From the NCBI RefSeq assembly GCF_009914755.1, contig NC_060937.1: a DNA stretch of 64,000 bases; one strand, 5' to 3'. The stretch comes from the human T2T-CHM13v2.0 reference genome, Homo sapiens. The stretch's first letter is position 1. The number at the start of each line of letters is the position of its first letter. This document shows positions 27,589-42,365 of the stretch, one piece after another. The notes under the pieces are model-generated. The model saw only the letters and a program-made list of their open reading frames with translations. It searched no databases and had not been told where the DNA came from. Both the position numbers and the translations under genes were made by a program.

Positions 27589-28599
27589 ATCTAAAAGTTG
27601 CTTTCGAATTATAGCTCTAGTTTCACAACAGAGAGCTTTTAAGTAATGATTTCTAATAATTATGCTCAGATTATAAATAGTAGAGGTAAACAAATAATTG
27701 AGAATATGTATAGTAAATTCTCTTTCCAGAGGTAAATTTTGATATATATTACAAAGTATACAGAAGTTTTAATGTAATATTTTTGTTCATATTAAACTCA
27801 AGTATGTAGATATTCTGTTTTGTATTTTAGAGTTAGAAAAAGAGAAAAAAATCTGCCAGTTTCAAAGGATGACTTTTTAATGACTTTTTTGGTAATCATA
27901 AAGAATTCATATAGGCCAGTATTAAGCCAGTCTCAGAAAAGAAATCAAAGCCCTGAAAAATTAAATTTTTAGCTTTGATAGAGACATTAGAGGACAATGT
28001 GGCAGTGGAAACTGTGACACTTCAGAAGCATGTTGGAAACATCACTTGACTTTAGTCTGAGTAGCGAAAGGGCAATCATGAGAAGTCAGCGGGGTGCAAA
28101 AAGAAAAGGTCTAGAACATGGTCATCAGGGGGCTAGTTTCTTAGAGAGCTAGTGGCAGACTAATCCAAATGTTTTGAATTCATTTACATTTTTCTTGATG
28201 CCATCTTAATAACATCTACAAAACTTGACAATTCCATTGCTGCAGTAAATTACCGTAAGTATTCAGATACAGCGGGACAGCAAGAAAAACAAAAAATTAA
28301 AGTAAAATAAAATCTATGCCAGAATGAATACTATCTAATGGTTGAGGTTGTCCCACCAGCTTTAAGTACGTGAAATGACCTGAAGAAACTCCTGCCCAGT
28401 TGTGGTGAGGTTTAACTGATCCAAAAACCTGATGAAATGTTAATTATTAAATATACAATGTCTGTGGTTCCCTTGGTCTTCACTTTAATGTAGAGACCCA
28501 ATGTTTACTTTTCAGAGCAATCAGAACATCTTATCCACAGTGCTCCTAAACTCCCAGATATATTTTTCCACATTTAGTAACATTAGAAATACATATAAC

Positions 28600-28805
28600 A
28601 TAGTTACAGTATGACTGTACTGTAAGAGTGAGTGTGTGAATATATTTGTGAATGTGTGTACATATGGGAGAGGAAGTATATGAGTGTGAATTAGGTACGT
28701 TTGAGAGTATGAGGGTGAATGAGGCTGTGTGTGCATGTATGTATATGTGTGTCTGTCTATGTGTGCCATTGTGATTATGTGTGATTGTATATGCGTGTGT
28801 GTTTG
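28600..28805. repeat. Degenerate TG-rich low-complexity tract
   Basis: Direct observation; explains the His/Thr-rich ORF 28521..28769. Confidence 0.8.
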
Positions 28806-29409
28806 CTGGGGTGAGTGGTAACAGGTGATAATTTTATATTTTACTGTCTGTATAACTGAATCACTATTTAAAGTGATTTATTCTGAAAGGCCTCATAAAA
28901 CAATGTTGTCTTAGAATGTGTGGGGGTGTACCTGTGTGTTTAAATGCATCTCATCTATTAAAAAGACAAGTTAAATAGGTTACAATGGTAGTAGTAATTT
29001 TTTTTCCTAATCTAGCAAGGTTAAACTAATGTAATATCTCATAGAGCAGTGTGCACTGAAAAGGGTATTGCAGAGCTGTATGTTGTTCCATTGTGGATCT
29101 CATACAGAGGTTTTGTTTCCATCTAAGTAATCAGACATCAAAGCCAAGGGAAACATAAAATAAAAAAGATTTTTAATGTACTGAATCAATATAGGTCTTG
29201 TCTCAGGGGAAAATTAGAGTCATTTACTTGCTATGGTGTAAGAGAGAAGAGGCATACAATTTATTTTCTTGCTTTCTCAATTTAGCATACATAAAAAACA
29301 AAGTAGCAGATCTTCGAAATATCATCCTTTCTCATAATATTATTCTGCAAAATTATACTAATGGAGTGATCCATGAAGAAAAGTCATAATCAGAAGCACA
29401 CAGGAAAGA

Positions 29410-29645
29410 ATAGTAGTTTTCATATAGTGCTCACTATCTTTAAAGTATTTCACTTATATTCTTATTTAATTTTCATAGCCACAGTAGGAAATAAGGCCTC
29501 TATTGTTATCCTGATTTTTAAATTAGGAGATTGAGTCATTAGTAGGGTATCAAGTAGCTTGCCCAGGGTTTCATACTTCTATTAAGCGGTGGATCCGGAA
29601 TTCAAATCTAATCAGTCTGGCTTCAAGTAACCACTCTGCTATGAC
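29410..29645 (-). mobile_element. MIR SINE
   Basis: Core 'gattgagtc...aagtagcttgcccagggtttcatac...ggaattcaaatctaatcagtctggcttca'. Confidence 0.8.
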
Positions 29646-30149
29646 TCCTTATATTATTCTCATTAATTTTATCACTGGAATGGTTTTCTTATTTTCTGTA
29701 AAAATTAACTTTAACTTTGTTTAAGCCTGAATTTCTAGTTTTTTATATTTATTTTTTTTTACTTTTACGAGGGTAACATGTATTAACATTGTTTAGAACA
29801 AGTGTTCATTAGAACATAATTTATAAGTCCCTGTTCTAACAGTTTGTGAAGTTTTCAGCCTATTTTTATTCCCACTAATTAATACTGTATTGGGAAATGT
29901 ATTCTGAGATAGAGATTTATATGAAAGAGGTTTATGGTGGGAGAAAAGTGGGATTAAGATGAGAGACCCTGAACTGGAATTGAGTTGCAGCAGAAGGCCT
30001 CAGCTCATGGCAGCATATGGTTGGGCTTTGCTGTTTGTCCAGTCTGACAGTCTTGGGTGGTGGTGGCTGTATGTGTGTGTTTAGTTTATTTATATTCCAT
30101 ATGATTAGCTCTATGTTTGGGTTAACATGTCCTATCTTGCTAAATTGTT

Positions 30150-32380
30150 TCTAGTTGTTCATCTGGCTTGATTGTTATCCCCTTCTATTTTTATGCTTGG
30201 TTTGGATATTTTATATGATTCCATATTATCTCTATGATTAGCTTAAGACTTACACCTCTTTCACTGATGTTTAGTGATTGCACTAAGGTTGAAACATACA
30301 ACTTTAATTAATCACAGTTCACCTTCAAGTAATATTAATACCACTTCATTAGTAGTGTTAAAAAAAACAGTATACACTTAAGTACTCCATCCTGTGTATT
30401 GTACTATTGATTTTATATATTTCACTTTTGAATATGCTATTAATCCAAAGTAGTAAAAATCCAACAGTATTTTTTTGATTTAGATAATCATTTATTTCTT
30501 AATACAGTTAAAATAGAAATAATCTTTTATAATTTACCTTTACTTTAACCATTTTCATGGATCTTATTTCTTGGTGTTGATGTAGTCTTCTCTATCTTAC
30601 TACACTATTTTTGCTTTAAAAATTTCTTTTTTCTTCACGAGAGCTCCTCATATTCTATACTTTTTATTGTGTATACTTAAGATTTAAAACTTGATAATTA
30701 TATATAACTAAAAATTATATATATATATATATATATAACTAAAAATAATCACGACAATCCAGCTTATTATCTTATCCATCACCTCACATAATTACTTTTT
30801 TATTTTGGTGAAAACACATAGGATCTACCCTTTAGCAAATTTAAAGCATATAATACAGTACTGTTACCACTAATCATCATGCTGTATATTAGATATATGG
30901 AGCTTATTTATCTTTCATAACTGAAATGTAGGTCTGCAGGTAATGAATTCAATGCCTTTCTTTGCTTTAATATTTTTATTCCTTCTTTATTTTTTAAATT
31001 AACTTTTGCTGGTTAAACATTTTCTTCTTTTAGACACTAAAGGTGTTACTCCATTGTCTTGTGGAATATCATAAATTCTGATGAGAATTTTATTTTTCTT
31101 ATCTTTCTTTCTCTGTATGTAACAAGTTCTTTTTCCCCCGCTCAATTTGATTTCAAGATTTTTTTTAACTTTGGTTTTCATCAGTTTGAATACAATGTCT
31201 AGATATGTGTGTATGTGTTTCTTATTTATTTGTTTGTTTGGGTTTGGGTTATTTATATTATGGTACTCTGAGCTTCTTAAATATGTGGTGTTGGGTTTTT
31301 TTTTTTACTGTTTATAAAAATGTTTCATCCGTTATGTTTTCATATGTTTTCTTCTTCCCTCTTCTTGGTGTCTTTTCCTTCTGGGATTTTAATTAGAGTT
31401 ATGTTATACCATTTGCTATTGGTCCACTCTTCTCGGATGCTTATTTTATTATTGTTCTTTACCTCTATACTTTTGTAATCGTTTATTTGACTTTGTATAA
31501 TTTCTGTTGACCTATCTTCAAGTTCACTGATGCCCTTTCTGACTTCAACTAGTCCACCGATGAGCTCCTTAAAGGCATTCTTCATCTGTGACTGTCTGTG
31601 TTTTCTTTTAACACTGTATTATTTCTATTCTTTTACATAATTTGTCCGTTAAACTTACCAGTTGATAAACATATGCTGATCTCTTTTTCCATTAGAGCCT
31701 TTAGCATATTTAACATAGCCACTTAATTGTCTCTTCCTTATAGAGTCACATTGGGATAGTCTCTGAATGTTGTTGTTAATCATCTCACCTCTTGACAAAA
31801 AGTTGTTTTATTCTGGCCTGTTCGAGTTTGAATTTCTTAATTGATTTCTGAACATAGTATGTAGAATATTAGAAGCTGAGATATATAAAGAATATGCCTT
31901 GAAATAGTATCTGTCTTTGCTTGGATGCAAGTGGGGGGGTTAGATGAATTCTGTCAAGAGTTGAGCTAGGTTGGGACTTTATTGTTGTTATGGTTACCTT
32001 CAGTGTAGGCTTCACATTCTTCTGGCATTACCTTAGTTAAGGTTGGTATACTGGAGGGTTTTTCTTAATATTTCTTCTCTGCCATCAGCAGCTTCAGACT
32101 TTTCCTCTATATCTGCCCTAAAAGAGAGCCTCTCTCCATCCGCTTGCCTGTCGCTCAGCGGTAGACTACTGTGTCTTGCCACCTGCTGCTTGCTTGCCTG
32201 CTGACTGTCCACGGTGGGGATTTCTCATTCATCTTACCCCTCACCCAGTTGTAGCAGATTGTAATGGGTTAAACACAGGACAGTTTTATGCAAATGGCAT
32301 TTTTTTTTTTTTTGCTAACTCCCCACCACCTCCAGCTGCAGTGTGTTTTCCTCTTACCCAGGAGGATGAACAGATTTGCT
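30150..32380 (-). mobile_element. Old L1M (L1ME-like) 5'/ORF1 region
   Basis: ORF 31340..31585 (MKNAFKELIGGLVEVRKGISELEDRSTEII) is L1 ORF1p coiled-coil-like; flanking sequence is L1M-like. Confidence 0.7.
30660..30927 (-). mobile_element. L1MA 3' end fragment nested in older L1M
   Basis: 'tatccatcacctcacataattac...atctaccctttagcaaattttaaagcatataatacagta...cataactgaaa'. Confidence 0.75.
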
Positions 32381-33483
32381 GCCTAATATTTTTTTTAGTG
32401 AGAATTATTATTCATTAATTATAAAATGTCAAAGAACTTCTGGTTCTTTCCTATGTAAAATAAACATAGGAGAATAAGCCAGTTTTTTTTTTCTACCTAA
32501 TGCTCTTTCTATCTTCCTGCTTCTTGGAGTACAATTGCTTATTAGTATTAAATATATTGATGTTAATGTAAGTATGCTGTTTTTTCCTTAACTATCTACT
32601 CATAAATTTGACATTCTGCCATACTAGTTATTTAAGGATATGCACAAATTTATTTCATCAGTTCTTGTACTAACCACCAAATTTTCTTTTTTACAGTGAA
32701 TTTTGTATTCATATTAATCTTCACTTCTTTCTTTTCCTTTTGGGGTCATTTTTAATTTTACTTCTCTCTTTCTTCATTGAACATTTATTTTTGCTTACTA
32801 TAAGCCAAACTGAGCACTATGTTATTTATCTCTTTGAAAAAGTATTTTACACCCTTGCTTTACTTTCATTCTTCTGCAAATGTTGCTGCATTTTTTATTT
32901 TTAAAATTTAAGGATGTGGATCTAAAATTTGCTTTTTATAATTTTGTAAATAATTTTTGCCTGAGCAACATAAACTTCTTTTATCCTTAACACTAAAAAT
33001 GCTATTCCTCAAAGTTATTTTCTTTCCCTCAATTTTGAATGAATGGTTGCTTTTATATCTGCAATGTTATATTGCTTCTAATTTTAGTAAAGTTTTATAC
33101 TTTTAAAATATTTTTAAATAAAGTCCTTGTGAATTTATCCTGTAGTCTTTACTGAACATTAATTATCCACATTTCAGATCCGTATGTCCTGTCAACTGTA
33201 CCAATTTTTCTAATTTCTATTTTTGCTTCTGTATCCTGGAGAGATTTATTTCAAAGGCCTTCATCAATGATTACATTTCTTCAGTGTTAATTCTGCCTTT
33301 ATGGTATCTAATGCAGATTTTATTCTTATTGTTTCACTTTTAAGGCCCACAAATGATTTATTTCACTCTCTTAAACTCCATCTGTATTTTGGTCTGGTAA
33401 TAAGTTATTTAATCTTTCAAGATTTTGATTCCCAAATTCCATATATTTTTAAATGTGAATAGGATTCAAAGAAGGCTCTATCT

Positions 33484-33595
33484 AAATATATATATATATT
33501 TATATATATAGCTATATTTATATATATATTTATATATATATAGCTATATTTATATATATAGCTATATTTATATATATATAGCTATTCTATTATAT
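33484..33595. repeat. (TA)-rich tandem repeat with four 'tatagctat' cores
   Basis: Direct observation. Confidence 0.9.
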
Positions 33596-34419
33596 ACTTT
33601 TCAAAAAGTTTTATGCTCCTATTTCTACACATTTTATACACTTTTTAGGAAGGATCATTTGCTCTCCTTTTATTCACTGCTGAAAGAAGAGAGATCAATC
33701 CAACCCTAACATTTACTGGAAAAGTATAGATTTTTCTAAAACACTAGAACTATCCAATTGGTTTTCATTAGCATCATCCTCTAAAATACTAAGGAGGAAG
33801 AGTTTGGTAAATGTAAATTTTGAAAGCCAGTTCAATTATGCAGAACTCAGAGCAAGTTGACAGTCACCCAGAGCCCTAGGAAGTCATTTAAATAAATTTC
33901 ATATTCATATAATGTATTCTCTGTTTGGTGAGAATGCTGTGCCAGAGGCCATGTTTTCTGTGAACCAATTTCAGTTTCGTCCAATTACTATCCCAATTAC
34001 CCTCTTCCGCCTTTTTATAGCATCATATTTTGGAAGAAGCCATGTTTCATCAAGAAGCCCTTGTCCAATAGCATGGTTTTGCTTGGGGGTGCTGATGTGA
34101 ATAGCCAAAAGCCTCGTAACTTAACTACCATGAGTCACTGTTGTGAAAGAGATACTACTGAGAATCGTTCTATTTGTTCTTTGTGCATCAAATCTGGATG
34201 TATGTTTGGTGTTGTTACAGCATTTCCCCTGGTTGTTGCAGCATTTTTAAGGGGAAAATTTGTAAGTAAATGCGTGCTTATCTCCCTAAAGCTGGTTCTT
34301 TCTGAACTGCAGTTAACTGACTTTCTAGCAGTGATATAGGTCTTATCATTTTTATAAAATTGTATGGGTCATTAGAATACCAAGGAAGAAATATCTTGCT
34401 TAATTTACCATTATAATCA

Positions 34420-34780
34420 TAAACACACTTTCTCAATTTAAAACTTTTACATGTTTTGGTTCTTTAGACACAACTTCTGTCATATTCTATCTTCTTTTCT
34501 ACCAGCATTTATAGATATTTTGTCCCATTACTCTTTGAATGCTCTTATTTGGCCTCTTTTCCTCATCTTTCTTTCTTGAGTTTCTGCTTTTAGTTCCTAC
34601 ACAGCTTTCTTAGAAACGTATTGTATATAAACAGTATTTCAAATACTAAACATACATACACATTCAAATTATGCTTCTGGACCATATATCTCTTCTGAGC
34701 TCTAATGGTTTACAATCAACTGTCTCTGGGAAGTCATAATTTGCATATTCAACAGGCACCTCAAATGCAGTGTTTGAGAA
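34420..34780 (+). mobile_element. L2 fragment
   Basis: 'tctcttctgagctcta...tcaactgtctct...aacaggcacctcaaatgcag'. Confidence 0.55.
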
Positions 34781-36892
34781 AGTATTTCTCATAATTTGGG
34801 GCTCCTTTTTTTGACTTGAATAACATCACTTCAAAAATTTAAACTGGATGCTATGAAGCAATAATTATGTCCTTTCTATGTAGCTAAAAACTAACTAAAT
34901 AATTTGCCTGTTAATATCTTACATCCTTATTTTTTTAACCATACTATAGCAACTATAGCCTACATGTCCTCCTGCTTCATCATATACATGTAAAGCCTGC
35001 ACCAATTTTTCCTATGACTTGTAATTTTGATTTTCTAGTGCAAATATATATATATATATATATATATGAATACAACCATGAAAATGCAAATTTCAAACAG
35101 GAATAAATATTCAGAATATTCTATTAATGCAGCCTCATGGATATAATTATTGCTGATTTTTAATAAGGTTTTTCTCCTATTATAATTTTTCTTCATTGAA
35201 ATCTTATTGTATAATGCTTTTGTAATTTAATTTTCTTGTTTAAAATTATTCAATAACTATTTTTGAAAATATTAAGACTTGTAAAAAGAGTCAATTTTCT
35301 AATAACACATTTTGCATAAGACTGTTACAACTATAAAATTTATTGGCATTATGTGTATGTATTCATCTTTTCCATTGGGCTTTGATGCTCCTGAAATAAG
35401 AAATTGTGTATTAGTCATTAATTTTTTTTTCCTCATCCTATATTTTAGTGGCTGATCCATGGAATCTGTTCAAGATATCTTTGCTGAAAGAAAAACTGCA
35501 TGGTACATCATTATGGTGAATCTTCAAAATTTCCTTAAGCATTATCAAGTTCCTGAACACTTAGCCTTTTTCCTCTGAACTATTATACTATTTATTTTTG
35601 AACTTTTCTTTTTTCTTTTAAGTAAAGTAGAGTAATTTATGGGCCTACAGGTATTATTGGTTGAACTAAAGCCATCCAGGATTGAGGGAGTCTGTCTGGG
35701 TTTTATTTTGTTTGGTTTTCAATACAGTCTGAGAAGCCAGAAAATAATAATTATTTCATTTGTCAACAATTTGCTAGTCAAATTTAAAAATTTGAAAATT
35801 AAAAAAAAATGCTATAATAGCCACTCTATATCATCCATATTAAAGCAGTATATATCATTGATACTATGAACAAACAACCTACTGAATCAGTGAAGAAGAA
35901 AGTTTAAGAAGCTAATATTGTGTTTCTGAAAATGTAAAAGCTGTCTTTCTGTAATTATAAATCTATAATATAAATTATATAAATATGATAATCATATTTA
36001 TTACTTGAATTTATTGTAAATTCTGTTCTCTCTTCTAATAATTTGATTCTGTCCCGAATTAATTTTTTAATTATTATGATTAATTTGAGAAACCTGAAGT
36101 AATAGTTCACAAAGAAATATAAATATTTAGAAAGTAGTGCTTCCTTATTTGAAATGTGTTAAGTTCAATTTACTTTTAAATTTATTTAGGAGCATACATA
36201 GGTTATGTGCATATTTGTTATGCAAATACCCACTTGATTTATTTTAAAATAGGCAAATTTACAGATTTCATGAAAATAAAGTATTAATGACTTTTTAACA
36301 GGACAAGAATAACAAGATTAACTTGGGCAGTATTATTGAGAAGCAGCTGGACCAGAATGGAGAGTGAATAAAATGGTGATTCTTACAAGATAAAAACATG
36401 TGACTGTTGGATTTATGTAGAAAGAGGAATTTGCAGTAAAATATGGAGACATGATAATAGTCACAAAGAGTCTCTATTTGCCAATCTAGCATGTAGAATC
36501 TAAAGGACCATGTAACATTTTGGCAGAAAATCTTGATTGAATAGAGAAATATGTCTAACTTCCAGGATTGAGACAATTCTAAAAGTACATTTCATATGAT
36601 CTTGGGTTACTCATGTCAATTAAAAAGAATACAATCTTGATATTATAGAAAAGCTTAACATTGTGCATAGAGTACTTTAAGAGTGCTTTAGAATGTATAA
36701 TTTGGAAAGGGTAAAGAAATGACTGCATGACATCTGGATACCTTTAACCAAGGAAGGTGGGGACAAAAGGCCAAAAATAAGCATTAACAATAAATTGAAA
36801 TGATAGACTTTGAGATAGCATAAATAAATTAATTAAGTAGCAGTGATATATTCAGATCAACTTGGGTTAATTTACTTTATTAAAAGTAAGAT

Positions 36893-37170
36893 AACAGAGT
36901 GAGACCCTCTCAGACTAGAGTGCAGTGGCCTCATTTTGGCTCACTGCAGCCTCAACCTCCTAGGCTCAAGATTTCTCCAGCCTCAGCCTCAGCATTTAGC
37001 TGGAACTACAGGCACAGGCCACCATGCCCAGCTCCTTTTTCTCTTTTTTTTTTAAATGAAGAAGTCTAATTATGTTGTCCAGGCTAGTCTGGAACTCCTA
37101 GGCTCAAGTGATCCTTCTGGTTTGGCCTCCCAGATTCTAGGGATTATATGCATGAGCCCCATGCCCAGCC
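36893..37170 (-). mobile_element. AluJ, diverged
   Basis: Reverse Alu 'ggctcactgcagcctcaacctcctaggctcaag...atgcccagcc'. Confidence 0.9.
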
Positions 37171-38409
37171 AATTTGTCTTAATTTAGACAAATTTTTGAT
37201 ACCGGACTTTAATTAGGTGAAAATAAGCAAAATGGCACTAAATTTGGCAAATAAAAAAATGATAAGAAAAAATAATTTTCAGGATCTTAATGCTGTTGAA
37301 GGGCTGATAACTAACAGTACCTTATGTCCTCAAATGCATGGAAAAATCAAATGCCTTTGTACTCAGCAGTGAGTAAGCCATTCTTTTTTTTTTTTTTTAA
37401 TTTGCACAGAGACAGATGCAAAATCTATGTAAATAGATGCATATAATAAGGCAAATTATGTAAGGCACTGGGAGTATTCAACCAATGGCCCTCAGTGGAA
37501 CTGTGTTTCATGTAGTCAGGAAGTTAGAAGTTTGATCTTTCCAATTAGCTTTTAACATTAAACAGATTGGCCATTGAAATATTTTATTAAACATGCAAGA
37601 AAGTAAATTAAATTTATTTATATATGAATACAATCAAACAAGAAGTTTTTAAACTTCTGCATTATGTTGCAAAATGTGTTTTCTGCTTCCAGAGCTCTGC
37701 TCTATGTAAACTATTGCAGCTTTTCCCAACAAAGCTGGGTATTGGAAGTGTGGTGAAAGTGAGTAATTAACTGAAATTTTCTGGGATTGATGAAACGAGA
37801 GTTTATGTATGAATGTTTTTGTGGATCACTGCTTTTTAAAATGAGAAAAATAAACCCAAAAGAGATAGCAATATATTAAAAAGTACCTTTCAAAAATAGG
37901 TTTAATTATTCCTATTCATTTGTAATTACATTTACTCAGAATTGAGTGATTATGAGCACATATTTAAATGAAGTGATTCTAATTGGAGCTATGAACTTAC
38001 AATATTATTACCAAATAATGCTATGTTGAAAGGAAAAATGTTTTAAATTACACATAATAAATATACATCAGTCCTTTGAATATGTTGAGGTGTATGAGCT
38101 TTCTCAGGTTTCCTGTAAGAATCTCTTAGCAGATCAGTAAGTGATTATAATTCCTCTTTGTCTTCAAAAAGGCTTTGGATCACTGCCGAAATGTTCTTAA
38201 TACCTAATATTCAGTAAGAACTATAAATCTTAGTTTACATAGCACTCTTTTAATTATGGAAATAAGTTTATAAGAGTTAATATCACAGTAGATAAAAACC
38301 TTGAAAATAATTAATTTTCAGCCGTAAACATGTCTGAATTCACATTAGCTTTTATACTTAGTTCTGATCAATTATCAGTAACTTTACATTTTGAGTTTCT
38401 TAAACTATT

Positions 38410-39600
38410 AATGGAAAATTAAAATCATGTACAAGGATAGAGAATCTAGTACAATTCATGTCTAGGCACTCATTACCAGGTTTCAACACCCTTTAAGTGA
38501 TGTCTTGTTTTGTTTCATTTATATCCCCAATTTATTCTCTACCAAGACTATACCTGAAGACTTTGAAGCTAATAGCAAATATCATATTACTTAATCTATT
38601 CATGTTCCCATGTTCTATAATAGATTTTAATAGCTTGAATTATAACATAAAATAAAGCTTATTTATTGTAATCTGTTACTAAGTCTAAATTCTCTCGCTT
38701 AATCCAGCAATTTAATCTTCATCTCTCCTTTTTGTCTTTGTATTTATTTGTTGAAGAAACTGAGTCTTGTTCTCTATAGAATTTCTCGCAGTCTGAATTT
38801 TGCTGATTGCACTTCTGTTTCCTAACATATTTTATGCTTATTTTTTGTAAATTGTTGGTAATACTGCAATGCACTATCTAATTTAACTTTAAATATTTTT
38901 GCAAGAATACTTCACAGGTGAAATTGTGTACTTTCATGATGAGGAAAATCACATCCATTGTCTCTTTTTATTTTGGTAATTTAATTATTATGAGATTAAT
39001 TGATTTATTAGCAGTTTGAAATTGATGATATTAAAATCTTGTTATTGTTTTCTGATTTAATAGTTGGATTTTCTATATTAAAAAGTTCCTCATTATGTAC
39101 AATTTGATTATCTTGTGAAAAATGAAAGGTTAAATACTTAATATTTGTCTATAATGGTTAGTTTTCAGAATGAATTGATATCCTAGAATCCTCCAAAATT
39201 GATCAAAGTATTTTCATTTCTTAACATAATTATAGATTCATTGATTTTAATGTATTTGATGTGATTCAATATTTTTTGGCTGTGTTCTTACTGATGCTTA
39301 ATTTATCTCATTGATCATTAGGAATCACTTCAAGTTGTTGCCTGTGTCCTCTTGACAAAATACAAGTAGTGATAGGGTTTTTTCATTATAAATTTAGAAG
39401 TCTACCAGGCTCATCTTGAACACACCTTGCCCCAACACATCTCTTAATAGTATTGGTTGCATTGAGGAGGAAATGGCAATGAGAAACCTAAATCTGGATG
39501 CTAGGGTTGCTTGTTTCTACTGAATTAATCATCATTTAAAATTGTAAAGGATAGAATTAGGAAATATAGTCTTTACATTTTCAATTAACTTTAGGTCTTA
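38410..39600 (-). mobile_element. L1MC4/5-like 3' region
   Basis: 'tttgttgaagaaactgagtcttgttctctatagaatttctcgcagtctgaattttgctgattgc' and 'ccaggctcatcttgaacac' are typical L1MC 3'UTR. Confidence 0.7.
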
Positions 39601-40056
39601 AGAGTTTTTATGCACATTTTCTTTGCTCCAAACAATCACTAATTTGTTTAGCCCATTAACAGAAGTCTGGAGAAACCCAGGTTTGACTGCTGCTGTTAGA
39701 CGGAAGAGAGAACTCCCCAGAATCGACCTTGTGATCATATTTTTGATTTTCTAATTTGGGGATTTTGGTTTTGATTTTCTAATTTTTTCAGTGTTTTGAA
39801 AACACCAAAAGTTTATTTTCTTTCTTGCCTTTCCTTCCACAACTTAGTGAAATCATATGTGTTTTTTGCCAGCTGTGATTTGCCCAATAGTGCTGATTGT
39901 GAGAATAGTGAAAATATATTTTCATCTAGTTTTGCTATAGATATTGTCTTTTAGATTTCTGTTTTGCTAGAATAGTCGCTCCGATGTTTTTTAGGGAGGG
40001 AATTTTGAAGTATAAAACCTATGTCTCTGCTGTTTTCTTCATCCCTAAACTTTATG

Positions 40057-40176
40057 TTTGTTTGTTTTGTTTTGTTTTTTATGTTACCCAGGCTGGTCTT
40101 GAACTCCTGGCCTCAGCAACCCCTCCTCAACCTCCCAAGTAGCTGGGATTATAAGCATGAGCCATCACAATTGGCT
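40057..40176 (-). mobile_element. Alu monomer (FLAM-like)
   Basis: 'tgttacccaggctggtcttgaactcctggcctc...gtagctgggattataagcatgagcca'. Confidence 0.8.
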
Positions 40177-40749
40177 TACTCTTAGATATTCTTAAGGAAC
40201 ATCTAGAAAAGTGAAATTATGAGGGCTTAAACTAGATCATGTCTCCTATTTTTCTTACAATTTCGTGATCAATAGGAATTAAGTGATGAATACAAATGAG
40301 AAAATGATTAAAATACTTCTGTATACTGCACGCAATATCAATTAGCTGAGAGTAAAAACAGATTTCAAGTTCTTATTAAGATAAAGCAATCATACTTCAC
40401 CCTGCCTCTATGCATAAATGTATCTAAAGATCCTCAAAGAAAGAGTGGAGCCACTATCTGAAAATTCTTAATACCAAATTGGAGTAGGTAGATTAGGGTA
40501 GAAAACAAATACTTAAACAATAAATAACCCCATGAGTTTCATAGGAATTTTCCCTCTCTGTTATCTTCTGGTCTAGACACAATGGCAGAGCAAATCCTAA
40601 AACTGCATATTGAGCACTGACAGAAGCACTTCAAAATACTTTCTGGCTTGAAGTGTGGGATGAGGAGCCACTTTGAGACACAGAGGGTGGAAAGAAACCC
40701 TTTATTTTTAATCTTTATGTTATGTGCATGAACCTCATTTCTTCTTTTC

Positions 40750-41270
40750 TTATTTTATCATAAATGCATATTTAACATTTTCAAAGCTTTTTCAGAGATT
40801 ATGCTGAAAATAATAATTTATGTCTTTTTTATCCTTCAAGTTATTAATGTGTTACAACATTTTACTAGATTTCTCAAAACTCAAATAATCATACATCCTT
40901 GAAATAAATCACAGTTGTTCACAGTTCATAGTATTTTCTTAATGTGGTGCTGGATTCAGTTTACTAATATTAAGTATTTTTGCATAGATATTAATAATGA
41001 TATTCTGCAGTTTTAATGTTACTATGTTTATCAGGATTAGATATTGATGTTATACTTGCTTAAGAAAAATAAGTACAGAATGTTTTCTTCTTTGTTAATG
41101 TTCTATGACAACTTATGATACAGTAAAACTACCTGGAAATTGAACATATGGTAGGAGTTTTCTTAAAAACTTTATAAGCCTGGTGGGTGTTTTTTGGAGG
41201 GGAGGGTGTAGCTTTTTAATAGCTCTCTGTATTCTTCTATGTAAAGTTGTTTGTTTAGTCTTTCACAATC
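40750..41270 (-). mobile_element. L1ME-like ORF2 fragment
   Basis: 'catccttgaaataaatcacagttgttca...tgctggattcagtttactaatatt' is reverse L1 ORF2. Confidence 0.65.
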
Positions 41271-41817
41271 TCAAATTCTGTTACCTTCTTTAGCTTTCCT
41301 TTTTTATAATCCTTTTCCTTTGGTGGTGATAGGGAGTAGGGAATGCATATTGGTAGATGGCATGCCCATTCTTTTTATTTTGCTCAAACTAACAAATCTC
41401 TGAGGTATGAATAAATAACATTTTGGTTCTTATGGTAACTGAAAAATTATTGTCCACCCTCGTCACAGTTGAATGAATGAGCATTTCTTTTTCAATTCAC
41501 TCTTGTTTTTCTACTGAGTCAGACTGGAGTGTGTGATGGGAGATGTAAATAGCTGCGGTGGCATATGGTCATTTTAAAAAAATATTTGCTGGTTAATGTT
41601 TTGTAAGATTACTTTTTCTTATCTTGTTATAAGAGTATAATATATCTTCTTATAATATATCTTCTAATTCCAACGTGGTCCAGGAGCCTCTTTCCCTGCC
41701 ATGGATCATCAGGCATATGGGTTCTTCCCTTATTTGTCCATTGCACTTCTGGGTAGATTTGTCCTCCTAGGAGCTACTCATCTACTCTCCAGCGTGACTT
41801 CTGGGTTCTGCAGGTAA

Positions 41818-42365
41818 ATTAACCACCTATTTCTGTATAGCAAGATAACCTCAGACTTAGAAGTTTACAAAACAAAACATTGTTTCACAGTTCTGTGAGT
41901 AGGGAATCCAGGAGCAGCTTAGCTCTGTGGTTGTCTCTCAGTGTTTTCTCATAATGTTGAAGTGAAGCTATCACCCGGGGTGGTAGTCAGCTGAAGACAA
42001 CTGGGGCTGAAAGATTCACTTCTGTGCTCATTCATGTGGTCGTTTGCTTCGGTTCTTCATATGATGTTAGACTGAAGGACAAAGTTTCTCACTATGCCAC
42101 ATGGGGCTCTCTAGGAGGATGCTCATAGCAAGGCATCTTACTTACCCTAATGTGAGTGACGGGGAGAGAGAGAGGGGAAGAGATCCCAAGATGGAAGCCA
42201 ATGTCTTTTTATAACCTAGTATTGAGATACCTCAAAATTTCTAGCACGTTTTTTTTTTTAATAAATGAGCCAATATGTCCACTCCACACTCAAGTGGCTC
42301 ATTTATAATGAATGCACACCAGGAGATAAGACAACTGGGGCAATCATAGTGGCTACCTTTTCACA
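41818..42365 (-). mobile_element. MLT1F-like MaLR solo LTR
   Basis: 'tcacagttctgtgagtagggaatccaggagcagcttagct' and 'cccaagatggaagccaatgtctttttataaccta'; ends in 'caca'. Confidence 0.8.

Noticed and set aside
29886-30030. Possible LTR16-like fragment
   Set aside because: Too short and diverged to call confidently
41636-41665. Short exact tandem duplications (15 bp here; 16 bp at 58691-58722; about 30 bp imperfect at 5492-5553)
   Set aside because: Ordinary slippage duplications with no higher-order pattern
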